NCBI GenBank assembly: GCA_002504905.1
Contig: DATY01000029.1
Coordinates: forward strand, 78,306-142,305
Direction: 5' to 3'
Source of the DNA: Euryarchaeota archaeon UBA605
GTDB lineage: Archaea; Thermoplasmatota; Poseidoniia; Poseidoniales; Thalassarchaeaceae
Length of the DNA: 64,000 nt
Part shown: piece by piece, positions 19,717-28,786 of the stretch
Position numbering within the stretch: the stretch's first letter is position 1
How the letters are laid out: the number at the start of each line of letters is the position of its first letter
The notes under the pieces: model-generated
Told to the model about the DNA's origin: nothing
The model's input: only the letters and a program-made list of their open reading frames with translations
Databases searched by the model: none
Made by a program: the position numbers and the translations under genes

Positions 19717-21361
19717 AGAAAAATCTTGTTCTGAAAATTAAGATTAACATAGAGAAAATAATAATTCCACTACTTGGAGGATTTGATTTCCAAGGAATTG
19801 TAACTAAGTTATTTTCAATAGACTGTTCTTCATTCCCATTTGGATCCCCATAATTACAAGATTCATCATCTAAATCCGCTTCTTGATCGAAGTTAGATGC
19901 ACTAGGATCTGTACAACCATATTTAATTCCCTCAAGGAAAAATGATACGACATTATCAAACTCTCTATCCGATGAATAAGGAAGATGATGTCCCGCATCA
20001 CCAACTAAATGTGTCACATTAGAAAATACATTCACTAATTCTGTGGAACCGTATCCAAACCAATCGTCACCCTCGCCTTCAAAAACCAGTGCTGGTGAAT
20101 CAAAAGGTGCCTCAACTTCAATTGTTTGATTAACTCCTTGATGTCCGGTTTCAAGATAACCATTAAACAAGATTACTTTTTCAAATTGAACATCAGAATA
20201 TGCAAGATAGATTACTGACATTGCGGCACCCTGTGAATAACCAAGAATTCCATAAAATGGACCGTTACTATCAATGAAATTATCTAAGTAAGTTATCGAT
20301 GTATCTGCCCACATTGGGTCATCGGTTCCTTGCTCTTTACCGTCAGGCGGATCGCGGACCCAGACTCCACCATCTTCAGGAGCTTCGGCAAAAATAAACT
20401 CGAAATCAGGAAGAGCTTCCATCAAATCTTGCATACCTGGTTGAGATTCAAAATCAGATACGCTTTCTCCACCTCCGTGAAGACTGAGAATCTTCAATCT
20501 GGTTGGTTGATGATAACTACATGAGCCATCATCTTCTGTAGCAGCAATATCAAAATTATTAGCTGTTGAATCAGTACATCCGAATACTTCTTCTTGACTG
20601 TAGGTGCAAGTACCGTCATCTTCTGTAGCAGCACTATCAAAATTATTGGCTGTTGAATCAGTACATCCTAATACAGAGTCAATAATATTGATATTTATAA
20701 TTTCAAGGTCAGAAGAAATTTCCCAAGTACCACATTCCCCCAGTATTGAGATAGATACATTGGACTCAATTATGGAAGGACCCCAAGAAAATGTCCCACT
20801 TTCTGAAAATGGTAATTTGAGGCTGAATTGATTAACATCTCCATCTGACCAAACTAAATCGCATGTTCCAAGATTTGGATGAACCAATGTACCATTTATT
20901 GTAACTGATTCTCCTTCAGAAATACTCAATTCGTTATTTTCTAATATCATAATTGTAGGGTCTTCATAGGGATAATGTATTGAAAATGTGGATGAAAGTC
21001 TTGATTCTTGGCCTAAAGAATCGGTAACAACTATCTTGAAAGAATGAGAACCAACACCAGTCTCAGAAATATCTACAACAATTACTCCTGTACTATTCGG
21101 TTCAATATTCAAAGGAGAACCGTCCAGAGTCGCTTCAATTTGTAGAGATGACATGTCTTCATCACTTACTGAAACATAGAGGGAATCTAAACTTCCAATC
21201 AAGATACTATCAGGAATCTCAGAATCAATTACAGGAGCAAGATTAACACCATCCGATTCAAAGTCATAGAAAAGTCCTCCAACTAAAACACTACCAATCA
21301 TTAATCCGGCTAAGAAAAGGGATCTTGCGGCTCCTTCATCATCATTCTTCGAACCTCTCAT
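19634..21361 (-). CDS. Surface-anchored FSH1-like alpha/beta serine hydrolase with Ig-like N-terminus and three GCTD repeats
   Basis: LSLHGGGES, GILGYSQGAAM nucleophile elbow, GDDW, AGHHLP; N- and C-terminal hydrophobic segments. Confidence 0.75.
   Translation of the reverse strand: MRGSKNDDEGAARSLFLAGLMIGSVLVGGLFYDFESDGVNLAPVIDSEIPDSILIGSLDSLYVSVSDEDMSSLQIEATLDGSPLNIEPNSTGVIVVDISETGVGSHSFKIVVTDSLGQESRLSSTFSIHYPYEDPTIMILENNELSISEGESVTINGTLVHPNLGTCDLVWSDGDVNQFSLKLPFSESGTFSWGPSIIESNVSISILGECGTWEISSDLEIININIIDSVLGCTDSTANNFDSAATEDDGTCTYSQEEVFGCTDSTANNFDIAATEDDGSCSYHQPTRLKILSLHGGGESVSDFESQPGMQDLMEALPDFEFIFAEAPEDGGVWVRDPPDGKEQGTDDPMWADTSITYLDNFIDSNGPFYGILGYSQGAAMSVIYLAYSDVQFEKVILFNGYLETGHQGVNQTIEVEAPFDSPALVFEGEGDDWFGYGSTELVNVFSNVTHLVGDAGHHLPYSSDREFDNVVSFFLEGIKYGCTDPSASNFDQEADLDDESCNYGDPNGNEEQSIENNLVTIPWKSNPPSSGIIIFSMLILIFRTRFFFKELAFDLIALSRVGKVHEYRLTPELA
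20513..20668 (-). repeat. Intragenic tandem repeat, 87-bp period, encoding GCTDSTANNFDxAATEDDGxCxY; third diverged copy near 19850-19920
   Basis: Direct comparison of the two units at DNA and protein level. Confidence 0.9.
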
Positions 21362-21436
21362 GATATAGTGTGTTATCAGTTTGCTATTAAACAATAGCAA
21401 TAATCAACTCAAGTAAAATTAGTTATATACGTATTT

Positions 21437-22558
21437 TTATTCGGAAGAAAGAGCTTTGATATCAAGAAGAAACTCTTGAACATCCCAGTTAATTCCAGTC
21501 CAAGCAACTCTCTTCCTAGTTTCTTTATCAAGAATAAACGTGACTGTAGAATGACCAACTCCGTACTCACCTAAAGATACTTCATGAGGATTAATTGAGT
21601 CTGAAGAGTTTCTATCTTCTGTTCCAATAACCATACATCCTAGCCAATTTCCATCGGGTCTTTCATATCCTTCGTCACACATACAATGTGCACTAGAACC
21701 TGATCCCATAATCCATCCCTTTCCATTACAGTCAACTCCTGGTGAAAGACTTGATAGATTGGAATTACTGGAAACCCATGCCAAATGAGTATTTATCTCA
21801 ACGTCAATAGAAGAAATATTCTGAGATTCTGAGAGGGACCAAGTTTGATTGAGATTGTCCCAATAATGAAGTAACCATGACCAACTAGAGTTAGTTGTCC
21901 AGTCTCCAATAGTTCCTTCATTATGAGTTAAATTATAAGTAATATTTGCATTATTGAATACATAGTCTGCAAAATCATCTCCATCAATGTAGCATCTATT
22001 TTCAGATATCTCGCCGCGACAAGGAGTATCAATAACTGTGGAGGAATTATCAGGATAAAGGATTGAAAATCTATTGGTAGATTCATCCGGAGGCTGACTG
22101 GCTTCAATATGGTCATTATCAACAACAATATTCCAACTGTTCCAGACATTTACTAGAGTGGAGGGGTTTTCCGCTGAAAGGTGGTCCCATTCGTACCCAT
22201 TTGCCTCAGTCCATTGAGCAAATCTTTCCACTGTATCCCTCGCAGGATCAATAGTAATTGATAAAATTTCAACATCATCGGAATACTCACCTAAGTTTTC
22301 GTGTACCCAAGCCAAATTAGCTGAAATTGCAAGACAAATATCTGGACAAGATGTATAAATGAAAGCGACTACTACTACCTTACCGTAATAATCAGAAAGC
22401 GTAACTGATTCACCGTCCTGATTCAATAATGTGAAATCAGGTGCATCTGGGGGGTTTTTGTATTCTGTACCATACAATTCTAAATTATTTGTTGACTGTA
22501 AACAACCAGAGAAAAATAAACATGATGCAATTAGAATAACAAGTATCTTTTTCATCAA
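21437..22558 (-). CDS. SCO1/SenC family copper-chaperone lipoprotein with large internal insertion
   Basis: Lipobox FSGC, APDFTLLNQDG, FIYTSCPDIC, ITIDPARDT, YGVGHSTVTFILD. Confidence 0.9.
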   Translation of the reverse strand: MMKKILVILIASCLFFSGCLQSTNNLELYGTEYKNPPDAPDFTLLNQDGESVTLSDYYGKVVVVAFIYTSCPDICLAISANLAWVHENLGEYSDDVEILSITIDPARDTVERFAQWTEANGYEWDHLSAENPSTLVNVWNSWNIVVDNDHIEASQPPDESTNRFSILYPDNSSTVIDTPCRGEISENRCYIDGDDFADYVFNNANITYNLTHNEGTIGDWTTNSSWSWLLHYWDNLNQTWSLSESQNISSIDVEINTHLAWVSSNSNLSSLSPGVDCNGKGWIMGSGSSAHCMCDEGYERPDGNWLGCMVIGTEDRNSSDSINPHEVSLGEYGVGHSTVTFILDKETRKRVAWTGINWDVQEFLLDIKALSSE

Positions 22559-22567
22559 AACACCACT

Positions 22568-23296
22568 TTATTCATCTAATAGTAATTTAATATCTTCAAG
22601 AACTAGTTCTGCATTCCAGGCATTATCTGCCCACCAAACTCGCTGATTCATTTCTCTATCAACGATTATTGTCCCCGTAGTATGATCTACCCAATAGCTA
22701 AGTGGATGATGCATGGTTTGTACCTGGCTAGGTTCTTTTTGAGATTCACTACAACCTTCATTATCTACTTCTTCACCAGCAGTAGTATTTGCACATGTAT
22801 CAAATCCATCTGCAACTCCATCACCGTCTAAGTCTGAATCATAAGTTGCTAGACCTACCTCGAAATTTCTCCAAACTGGTTCAATTACCTCCAATTCTCC
22901 GGTTAGATGGGGCCAATCTAATCCTCTAGCATTTGAATAGTTATCCAGAACAGATGAATTATCAGTCCAAGGATCTACTGTAACGGTTAGAATCTGCACC
23001 TCAGTTCGATAAAGGTCACCTAGCAATTGAGCAACATAAGCTAAATTGGCACTGACTACTGGACAAACATCCGGACAACGAGTGAAAAGGAATGCCACAA
23101 CAACAACATCTCCTTCATAATCATAGAAATTAAAATCATTACCTTCTTCATCTGTTAAGGTGAAATCTTCGGCAGGAATTGAAGGAGAAATATCTTCGCC
23201 ATAGAAAATATCTACTTCTTGATTACCTATACAACCAGAAGTGACAAAACATAGAGCCATTAAAATTGCAAACAAATTTCTCGACATTTTAGCCAT
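22568..23296 (-). CDS. SCO1/SenC family copper-chaperone lipoprotein with TSP3-like insertion
   Basis: Lipobox TSGC, FLFTRCPDVCP, VTVDPWTD, YWVDHTTGTIIVD. Confidence 0.9.
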   Translation of the reverse strand: MAKMSRNLFAILMALCFVTSGCIGNQEVDIFYGEDISPSIPAEDFTLTDEEGNDFNFYDYEGDVVVVAFLFTRCPDVCPVVSANLAYVAQLLGDLYRTEVQILTVTVDPWTDNSSVLDNYSNARGLDWPHLTGELEVIEPVWRNFEVGLATYDSDLDGDGVADGFDTCANTTAGEEVDNEGCSESQKEPSQVQTMHHPLSYWVDHTTGTIIVDREMNQRVWWADNAWNAELVLEDIKLLLDE

Positions 23297-23312
23297 TACT
23301 CCCGTATATCCT

Positions 23313-23855
23313 CTATGTCCGTCCCTTTTTTACAATTCGACTGATTGCTGCTACAACAAAAAGAACTAATCCAACCCAAAGGAGTATCATATTTGATTCT
23401 GAAGAATTTGAAACTTCGTTACCAGAATTACCGCTTGGCAATACGAAATTGGGAGTTGTTTCATTGTGATTATCTAGAATAATTGTGATATTTATGGTGT
23501 GCCAAAGTGAACCATTAGAGTATACCAACGCTTGATAATTACCTGCGGACCAGTTCAGAGGGTCTAACCATAATTGGCATTCATCCTCATTTCCTGTACT
23601 ATTGTAAGGTTGAGCAGTACAAGACCAATTATGAGTGGAATTTTTAGGATTCTCCATCTCAATTGTTCTTTCTAAGTCCATGACAACGTTGTTGAAAATT
23701 ATACTATCATTTTGTGTTACTTGGGCATCATCTGGTTGGATTGAGCTATTTCTCATGATAAATTGGAACGTATTGGCACCGTGAGCATCAACTATTGGAT
23801 TGATGAATAAAATAATGACAAAAACTACAATTGAAACATTTTTCATCGAACTCAC
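23313..23855 (-). CDS. Secreted, C-terminally anchored protein with cupredoxin-like N-terminus
   Basis: Signal peptide ending VDA|H; FIMRNSSIQPDDAQVTQNDSIIFNNV resembles the first cupredoxin strands; C-terminal TM. Confidence 0.6.
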   Translation of the reverse strand: MSSMKNVSIVVFVIILFINPIVDAHGANTFQFIMRNSSIQPDDAQVTQNDSIIFNNVVMDLERTIEMENPKNSTHNWSCTAQPYNSTGNEDECQLWLDPLNWSAGNYQALVYSNGSLWHTINITIILDNHNETTPNFVLPSGNSGNEVSNSSESNMILLWVGLVLFVVAAISRIVKKGRT

Positions 23856-23864
23856 CTAATCAAT

Positions 23865-25823
23865 TCATTCAGAATCCCATAGTGGTGGATAATCAAATCT
23901 TGGATCATAGTCTTCGTCAAATTGAACAACATAGACTCCTGTGACCATATCTGAAACGAAAACGAATCCTCTAGGGTCATATTGTAATCCCCAATTAAAT
24001 GGAATCATACAAGATGCCCAGCAATCCGCCATATCATACCCCATTTCAGTGGCTGGATCATCAATCCAAGGTGGACCGGCTGGAAGATAATAGCCAATGG
24101 TCTTAGTTTCGGCTAATTCTGAAATTGCTTGGAATCCTCTATCCGGCTCTGGAACTCCGTTTTCCCACACTATTTCATCCCAAATATCACCATGATCAGT
24201 TACCCAAGCTCCAGCATGATAGTGAGTGTAGTATACATGCCCTGATGGGCCAGTATCGCCATTATGCGGACTGAAAATATATCCACCAGGTATCCAATGC
24301 TGTGGATGTGAACCATTTCCTTTCATTCCCTCTCCAGGAAGCTTCCATTTTGAGACTAAGAAAGGTTCTGCAGGATCTGTTGTATCAATTGTCCATACGT
24401 AACCGGTATGATTCTCATTGGAACCGTATTCAGGAGCAATGTATGTGTAGTGTCTCCAGTTAACTCCATAGACTGGGTCTTCAAATCCAGTTCCACAGTT
24501 AGATGGCCAATTTTCTACAGGATCGAATACACTTATTCCTGAACAAATTAAGTAATCATTTGGAACTGCATAATGGATGTTATCATTTCCTTGATTGGCG
24601 TCGAGCCATTCGTCAGCATCCATATTTGCATGGCCACCACCTTCTGGACCATACCATCCATCATCAGCAGATGGGCAGCCCATCCAACGACCGACCTCAG
24701 GAGGCCAATTAATTCCTAAAGGATCTGGAACTTGAGGAGGAGTACTAACATCTACTAATCTCAAACCAGCACCCCAATAAGAAACTGCAAGTAATCTCTG
24801 CTGTGTTATAGGATGGACAAAGTAAACATTATCATGATTGAATATTGAACCACCACAGGTAGTGTATGGCTCTGGAGTGTAACCTCCCCAGCGAACTATT
24901 TCGCGATCAGAAGAATTTTCTTGTTCTTCATTTTGATTAGGATCCCACGAAGTAAAACCTCTTGGAACGTAAAATACTTGAGTTCCTTTGTAGAATGTAC
25001 CACTACTACCCTCGACCATTTCTGGATAAGGATCTGCTCCGAAAAGGAACAAATGACAATCTGCTTCATCCCACTGATTGACTGGATCAAAAGTAGGGTT
25101 CCAATCGCAATAAATTGCCAAATCTTGATTATGGAATCCTGCAGGAGGATTATTCCATTCTGCAACCTTCACCGGACTAGTTTTATCTCCAACATAAATC
25201 ACATCCATTCGATTTGCTCCACTATTAGCATCATCATCATTTGGAATAGGATCAAGTTCACTGTTTGTTAGTTCATGATTAACTAAAACCCAATTGTTAT
25301 CTTTAGTGACCTTGATATCAATCATTCTAGCTATTTCTGCATAATAAGTAGAAAGCATTTTTATGTTATTGGGATCACTAATATCGAGAATCTCAAATTG
25401 ATTGTAACTTGAAACATAAGCGTAACATCCACCAGTTCCGTCAGCATATATTTCACAATCTTCCATGAAATTACCTTCAATTGTTATTTCAGAGTTATCT
25501 CCAGGAGTAGGGCCTACATTCTTGTATTCATCTGAGCAAGGTCTTCCTGCAACATTATCTAATTCAGCAGGAGGTTTTTCGTTTCCATCGCAATTAAGAT
25601 TATGATAATCGATTAGTTTTGCATTGGCAGTGGATAATCTGTGAGCTAGCAGATCATTATGTGAGTGATTTTCATCTTCAATCTCTGTTACAGGATCAAT
25701 CCATTCCACATTTGCGTCTTCATCAGAGGAATCATCTCCAAGCATCGACATACACCCGGATAAGGGAGTTATTAGCATTAGAAAAACCATAAGAAACATT
25801 GGAAAATTAGAAATCCGTGACAT
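23865..25823 (-). CDS. His-rich LVIVD-repeat/choice-of-anchor-B-like beta-propeller lipoprotein
   Basis: Lipobox LSGC; FEILDISDP, LRLVDVSTP, WTIDTTDP repeats; HN/HD/HY/HN motifs. Confidence 0.75.
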   Translation of the reverse strand: MSRISNFPMFLMVFLMLITPLSGCMSMLGDDSSDEDANVEWIDPVTEIEDENHSHNDLLAHRLSTANAKLIDYHNLNCDGNEKPPAELDNVAGRPCSDEYKNVGPTPGDNSEITIEGNFMEDCEIYADGTGGCYAYVSSYNQFEILDISDPNNIKMLSTYYAEIARMIDIKVTKDNNWVLVNHELTNSELDPIPNDDDANSGANRMDVIYVGDKTSPVKVAEWNNPPAGFHNQDLAIYCDWNPTFDPVNQWDEADCHLFLFGADPYPEMVEGSSGTFYKGTQVFYVPRGFTSWDPNQNEEQENSSDREIVRWGGYTPEPYTTCGGSIFNHDNVYFVHPITQQRLLAVSYWGAGLRLVDVSTPPQVPDPLGINWPPEVGRWMGCPSADDGWYGPEGGGHANMDADEWLDANQGNDNIHYAVPNDYLICSGISVFDPVENWPSNCGTGFEDPVYGVNWRHYTYIAPEYGSNENHTGYVWTIDTTDPAEPFLVSKWKLPGEGMKGNGSHPQHWIPGGYIFSPHNGDTGPSGHVYYTHYHAGAWVTDHGDIWDEIVWENGVPEPDRGFQAISELAETKTIGYYLPAGPPWIDDPATEMGYDMADCWASCMIPFNWGLQYDPRGFVFVSDMVTGVYVVQFDEDYDPRFDYPPLWDSE

Positions 25824-25892
25824 CGCAAAACCTCGTACTAATTATTTCACACAAACTTCTACTTGTGAATGCTGCGGTGGTGATGTTAGAAA

Positions 25893-27635
25893 TTAACTGA
25901 CGTGATACGGTTTATCTATATCCAATTGAACAATATATAATCCCGTTGTAATGCAAGAAAGATATGTATATCCATTATGATATTCTGCGGCCCAAATAAA
26001 TGGAGTCCAACCAAAGTCATAGTATGAGCTTGAAAGAGGAATTCCATCTTGTCCATGAGGTAAATGATACCCAATAGTGGATACAGAATGTACTTCAGTT
26101 CTATTCAAATCCGGATTTAGAGCTTCTAACATTAGAGTCTCAATATCGATTATCCATAATCCTGCATGGTAACTAGAAAGATAAATTCTACCATCCCAAT
26201 TACCACCGAGGCTCTGATCGGGTAAGCCCAGTGCTGAATTGGTTTCGAAAATTTGCGCATCTGAATTATGAGGGCTGAAAAGTAACCATTCTTCACCACC
26301 AGGAATATGATGTTGTTCAGCAAAAGGAATCTCCCAACTATGAATTATTTTTGGTAGGAATCTGACTTGACCATTTAACATTTCAAACTCAGTCGTATCT
26401 AACAAATATCCAAGACCTGTTCCCACAGTGGTCTCTAAAACTTCAGTTGCAAGGAATGTTAAATGCATTTTACCTGCTGGATAACCTAAATGAGAAGCAT
26501 CAACCATTTCATCCATTGGCTCTGCATAATGAATGTATGAAGCTCTGCCTCCATTCTCATTCCCTGTACATCCACAATCAATCTGCCCGTCTTCATCAAG
26601 GTCTGCAAACTCCATCCATTGACCAACCTCTGGGGCTCTCCAATTACAAGTTAGTTGAGTACCTAATGTTGCAGCACATCCGCCGGCAATAAATGCATAT
26701 TCTATTGGTGAGTTCTGTGGGTGAGGAACGTCACTGACATCGAATATTCTTAACCCGGCTTCCCAATATGCGCCGTAAATATACGTCTTACCATATCTAG
26801 GGTCTTGTTGATCTTCTCCTGGCCAAGTTTGTACAGTCATGTCATGAATATATATCCAGCCACCTAATGTATTTTGCCAGTTAACTTCTGCTTCACCAAC
26901 CTTGAGAATTCGAGGGCTATCACTTGGACCATCGAAATTAAGATGAGCTATTGTAATTCCCCCACATGCATCACCTTGACCAATATCGCACTGCTCATAA
27001 TCAGGATTTGCAACAAAGATATACCACTCATTATCAATCATATGAGTATACAAATTATGAGGACCACTTGGATGATCAGCATCATACCATGCATCGACAT
27101 AGGTTGGGTTATATTTATCTGAAACATCAATTAAAGTTACTGTAACTTGAGCAGGATCTCCCCATTCACCAACGTTTGGATCTGCATTACCTGGATCTAC
27201 TAACTGATTCTGTACTATTACATATTCATCTCCATTATACTGTAAATATTTTACATCTAAGACTTGAGTATTTGGATCCACATAAACTCCAGTAACGGTA
27301 GTATTCTCTGGATTTGTAACATCTACAATATGCATCTCTGACCAGCCAGCGATATATGCATATGTGCCACCATCTGGAGATTCCGCAACCTGAACTTCAG
27401 CATTCCCAGGTGCAGTCAATTGATTAAAAGAAATTGGTTGAATATTATCTGTATACATTATGTGCTGGCTAGCATTTCTATGATCATGCCCCTCATCTTG
27501 CATGAGTGGATCAATAATTGAAAAGTTACCCTCTACTGATTCAGAAGTCTCATCGGAAAGGAAAATTGCAGCTACACTAGCTGTTAATAAAAAGAAGATT
27601 AGGACGCCTGCTAAAGCAACTCTACGGTTATCCAT
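25893..27635 (-). CDS. His-rich LVIVD-repeat/choice-of-anchor-B-like beta-propeller, N-terminal TM; paralogue of 23865..25823
   Basis: MHIVDVTNP, LIDVSD, LRIFDVSD, LWIIDIE repeats; same His motifs as the neighbour. Confidence 0.75.
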   Translation of the reverse strand: MDNRRVALAGVLIFFLLTASVAAIFLSDETSESVEGNFSIIDPLMQDEGHDHRNASQHIMYTDNIQPISFNQLTAPGNAEVQVAESPDGGTYAYIAGWSEMHIVDVTNPENTTVTGVYVDPNTQVLDVKYLQYNGDEYVIVQNQLVDPGNADPNVGEWGDPAQVTVTLIDVSDKYNPTYVDAWYDADHPSGPHNLYTHMIDNEWYIFVANPDYEQCDIGQGDACGGITIAHLNFDGPSDSPRILKVGEAEVNWQNTLGGWIYIHDMTVQTWPGEDQQDPRYGKTYIYGAYWEAGLRIFDVSDVPHPQNSPIEYAFIAGGCAATLGTQLTCNWRAPEVGQWMEFADLDEDGQIDCGCTGNENGGRASYIHYAEPMDEMVDASHLGYPAGKMHLTFLATEVLETTVGTGLGYLLDTTEFEMLNGQVRFLPKIIHSWEIPFAEQHHIPGGEEWLLFSPHNSDAQIFETNSALGLPDQSLGGNWDGRIYLSSYHAGLWIIDIETLMLEALNPDLNRTEVHSVSTIGYHLPHGQDGIPLSSSYYDFGWTPFIWAAEYHNGYTYLSCITTGLYIVQLDIDKPYHVS

Positions 27636-27656
27636 GTAGGTCGGAAGCAACCAGTC

Positions 27657-28316
27657 ATGTTGAAGTCATCGGAGTGCATGGGATGGACTGTGAGATACCA
27701 TCGGGCGATTGTAATTGGAGTATTATTTACTCTTTTATCATCATCAATTGCTTGTGCACATGACCAAAAAGAATACAATATTTTAATCAAAGAAAATGGT
27801 TTGACTCCTCCTTCTGTAAATCAGGGAGTATTGGTTGAAACAGATACATTATTTTTTAGAAATGTAGACAATAGAGAAAATGTAACACATAGAATTTTAG
27901 TAGATGCAGATCAAGATGGCTTATTCGAGGGGATTGATGACTTCGAAACGAGTTGGATGTCAAGCTCTTGTGAACTTAATGAAACTGGTGAAAAAGTAAA
28001 TCCAGATTGTGAGCAGCAAGCATTAATTCTATTAGATCCTTCAAACAGACTTTTACCAGGAAATATCTCGATGATACATGAAATAAAAGAGATTAATCAA
28101 TCTACGAATGAAACAACTAAAATTACATTGGTGAACTTCTATGTTAATTTCGCGCCAGATATCCATGAAGTAGATGAGAACCTACCTACAGGGAATAGTG
28201 AAGAAGAAATAATAGAAAGAAGTGCTAAAGAACAAGTTCTAGAATTAATAATTTTTATTTCTTTATTATGTGCATTTTTTGTAGGTACAGAGCTAATGAA
28301 ATCGAATAAGGATTAG
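27657..28316 (+). CDS. Secreted, C-terminally anchored cupredoxin-like protein; probable paralogue of 23313..23855; start uncertain
   Basis: Signal peptide ending ACA|H; ILIKENGLTPP...DTLFFRNVD...THRI; Cys pair; C-terminal TM. Confidence 0.6.
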   Translation: MLKSSECMGWTVRYHRAIVIGVLFTLLSSSIACAHDQKEYNILIKENGLTPPSVNQGVLVETDTLFFRNVDNRENVTHRILVDADQDGLFEGIDDFETSWMSSSCELNETGEKVNPDCEQQALILLDPSNRLLPGNISMIHEIKEINQSTNETTKITLVNFYVNFAPDIHEVDENLPTGNSEEEIIERSAKEQVLELIIFISLLCAFFVGTELMKSNKD

Positions 28317-28366
28317 AATCTTGAACGGTTGAACTCAAGAACCCCTTGTGTATCCGTTGACTCGTA

Positions 28367-28443
28367 GGGCGCTTAGCTCAGCTTGGAAGAGCACCTGGTT
28401 TGCAACCAGGTGGCCGGGGGTTCAAATCCCCCAGCGTCCACCA
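28367..28443 (+). tRNA. tRNA-Ala(TGC)
   Basis: GGGCGCT...CCTGG-TT-TGC-AA-CCAGG...GTTCAAATC...AGCGTCC-A-CCA with G3:U70 identity pair. Confidence 0.96.
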
Positions 28444-28562
28444 TTAAATCTATGATAGAAGAAATTATTTCTGTTGCGAACATAATGCTGATTACTTTTT
28501 TACTTGAATCATAAAAATTATTTCGAACAACATTTCATTAACTAAATCCAACTACATTATTT

Positions 28563-28766
28563 ATGGATGAGAGGTTTGCAGCAAATCTTTCTTGGTATTA
28601 CCACTTAATTCCATTTATCACAGCGATTTTAGGGTTAATCGTCGGGAATATTTTAGTACAAAATTACGGTCCATTTGCGAAGACCATTTTTCCCTCTATG
28701 TGTCTAATAATTGGAGGATACGGCGGACTAGTAATTCTTGGAGAAATTTCTGAAAGGAAAAAATAA
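28563..28766 (+). CDS. Small two-TM membrane protein
   Basis: 67 aa with two hydrophobic helices and a basic C-terminus. Confidence 0.65.
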   Translation: MDERFAANLSWYYHLIPFITAILGLIVGNILVQNYGPFAKTIFPSMCLIIGGYGGLVILGEISERKK

Positions 28767-28786
28767 TATTTTTATTAAAGATACTT

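Noticed and set aside
20513..20668. Tandem repeat considered as a CRISPR-like array
   Set aside because: In-frame coding repeat with an 87-bp period, no unique spacers and no cas genes
23865..27635. Calling the propellers methanethiol oxidase (MtoX) or nitrous oxide reductase
   Set aside because: No diagnostic motifs recognised, no MauG or CuA domain; only the SCO-linkage analogy holds
28452..28514. 20-codon ORF after tRNA-Ala (MIEEIISVANIMLITFLLES)
   Set aside because: Single copy, no promoter signature or SD; expected by chance in AT-rich DNA
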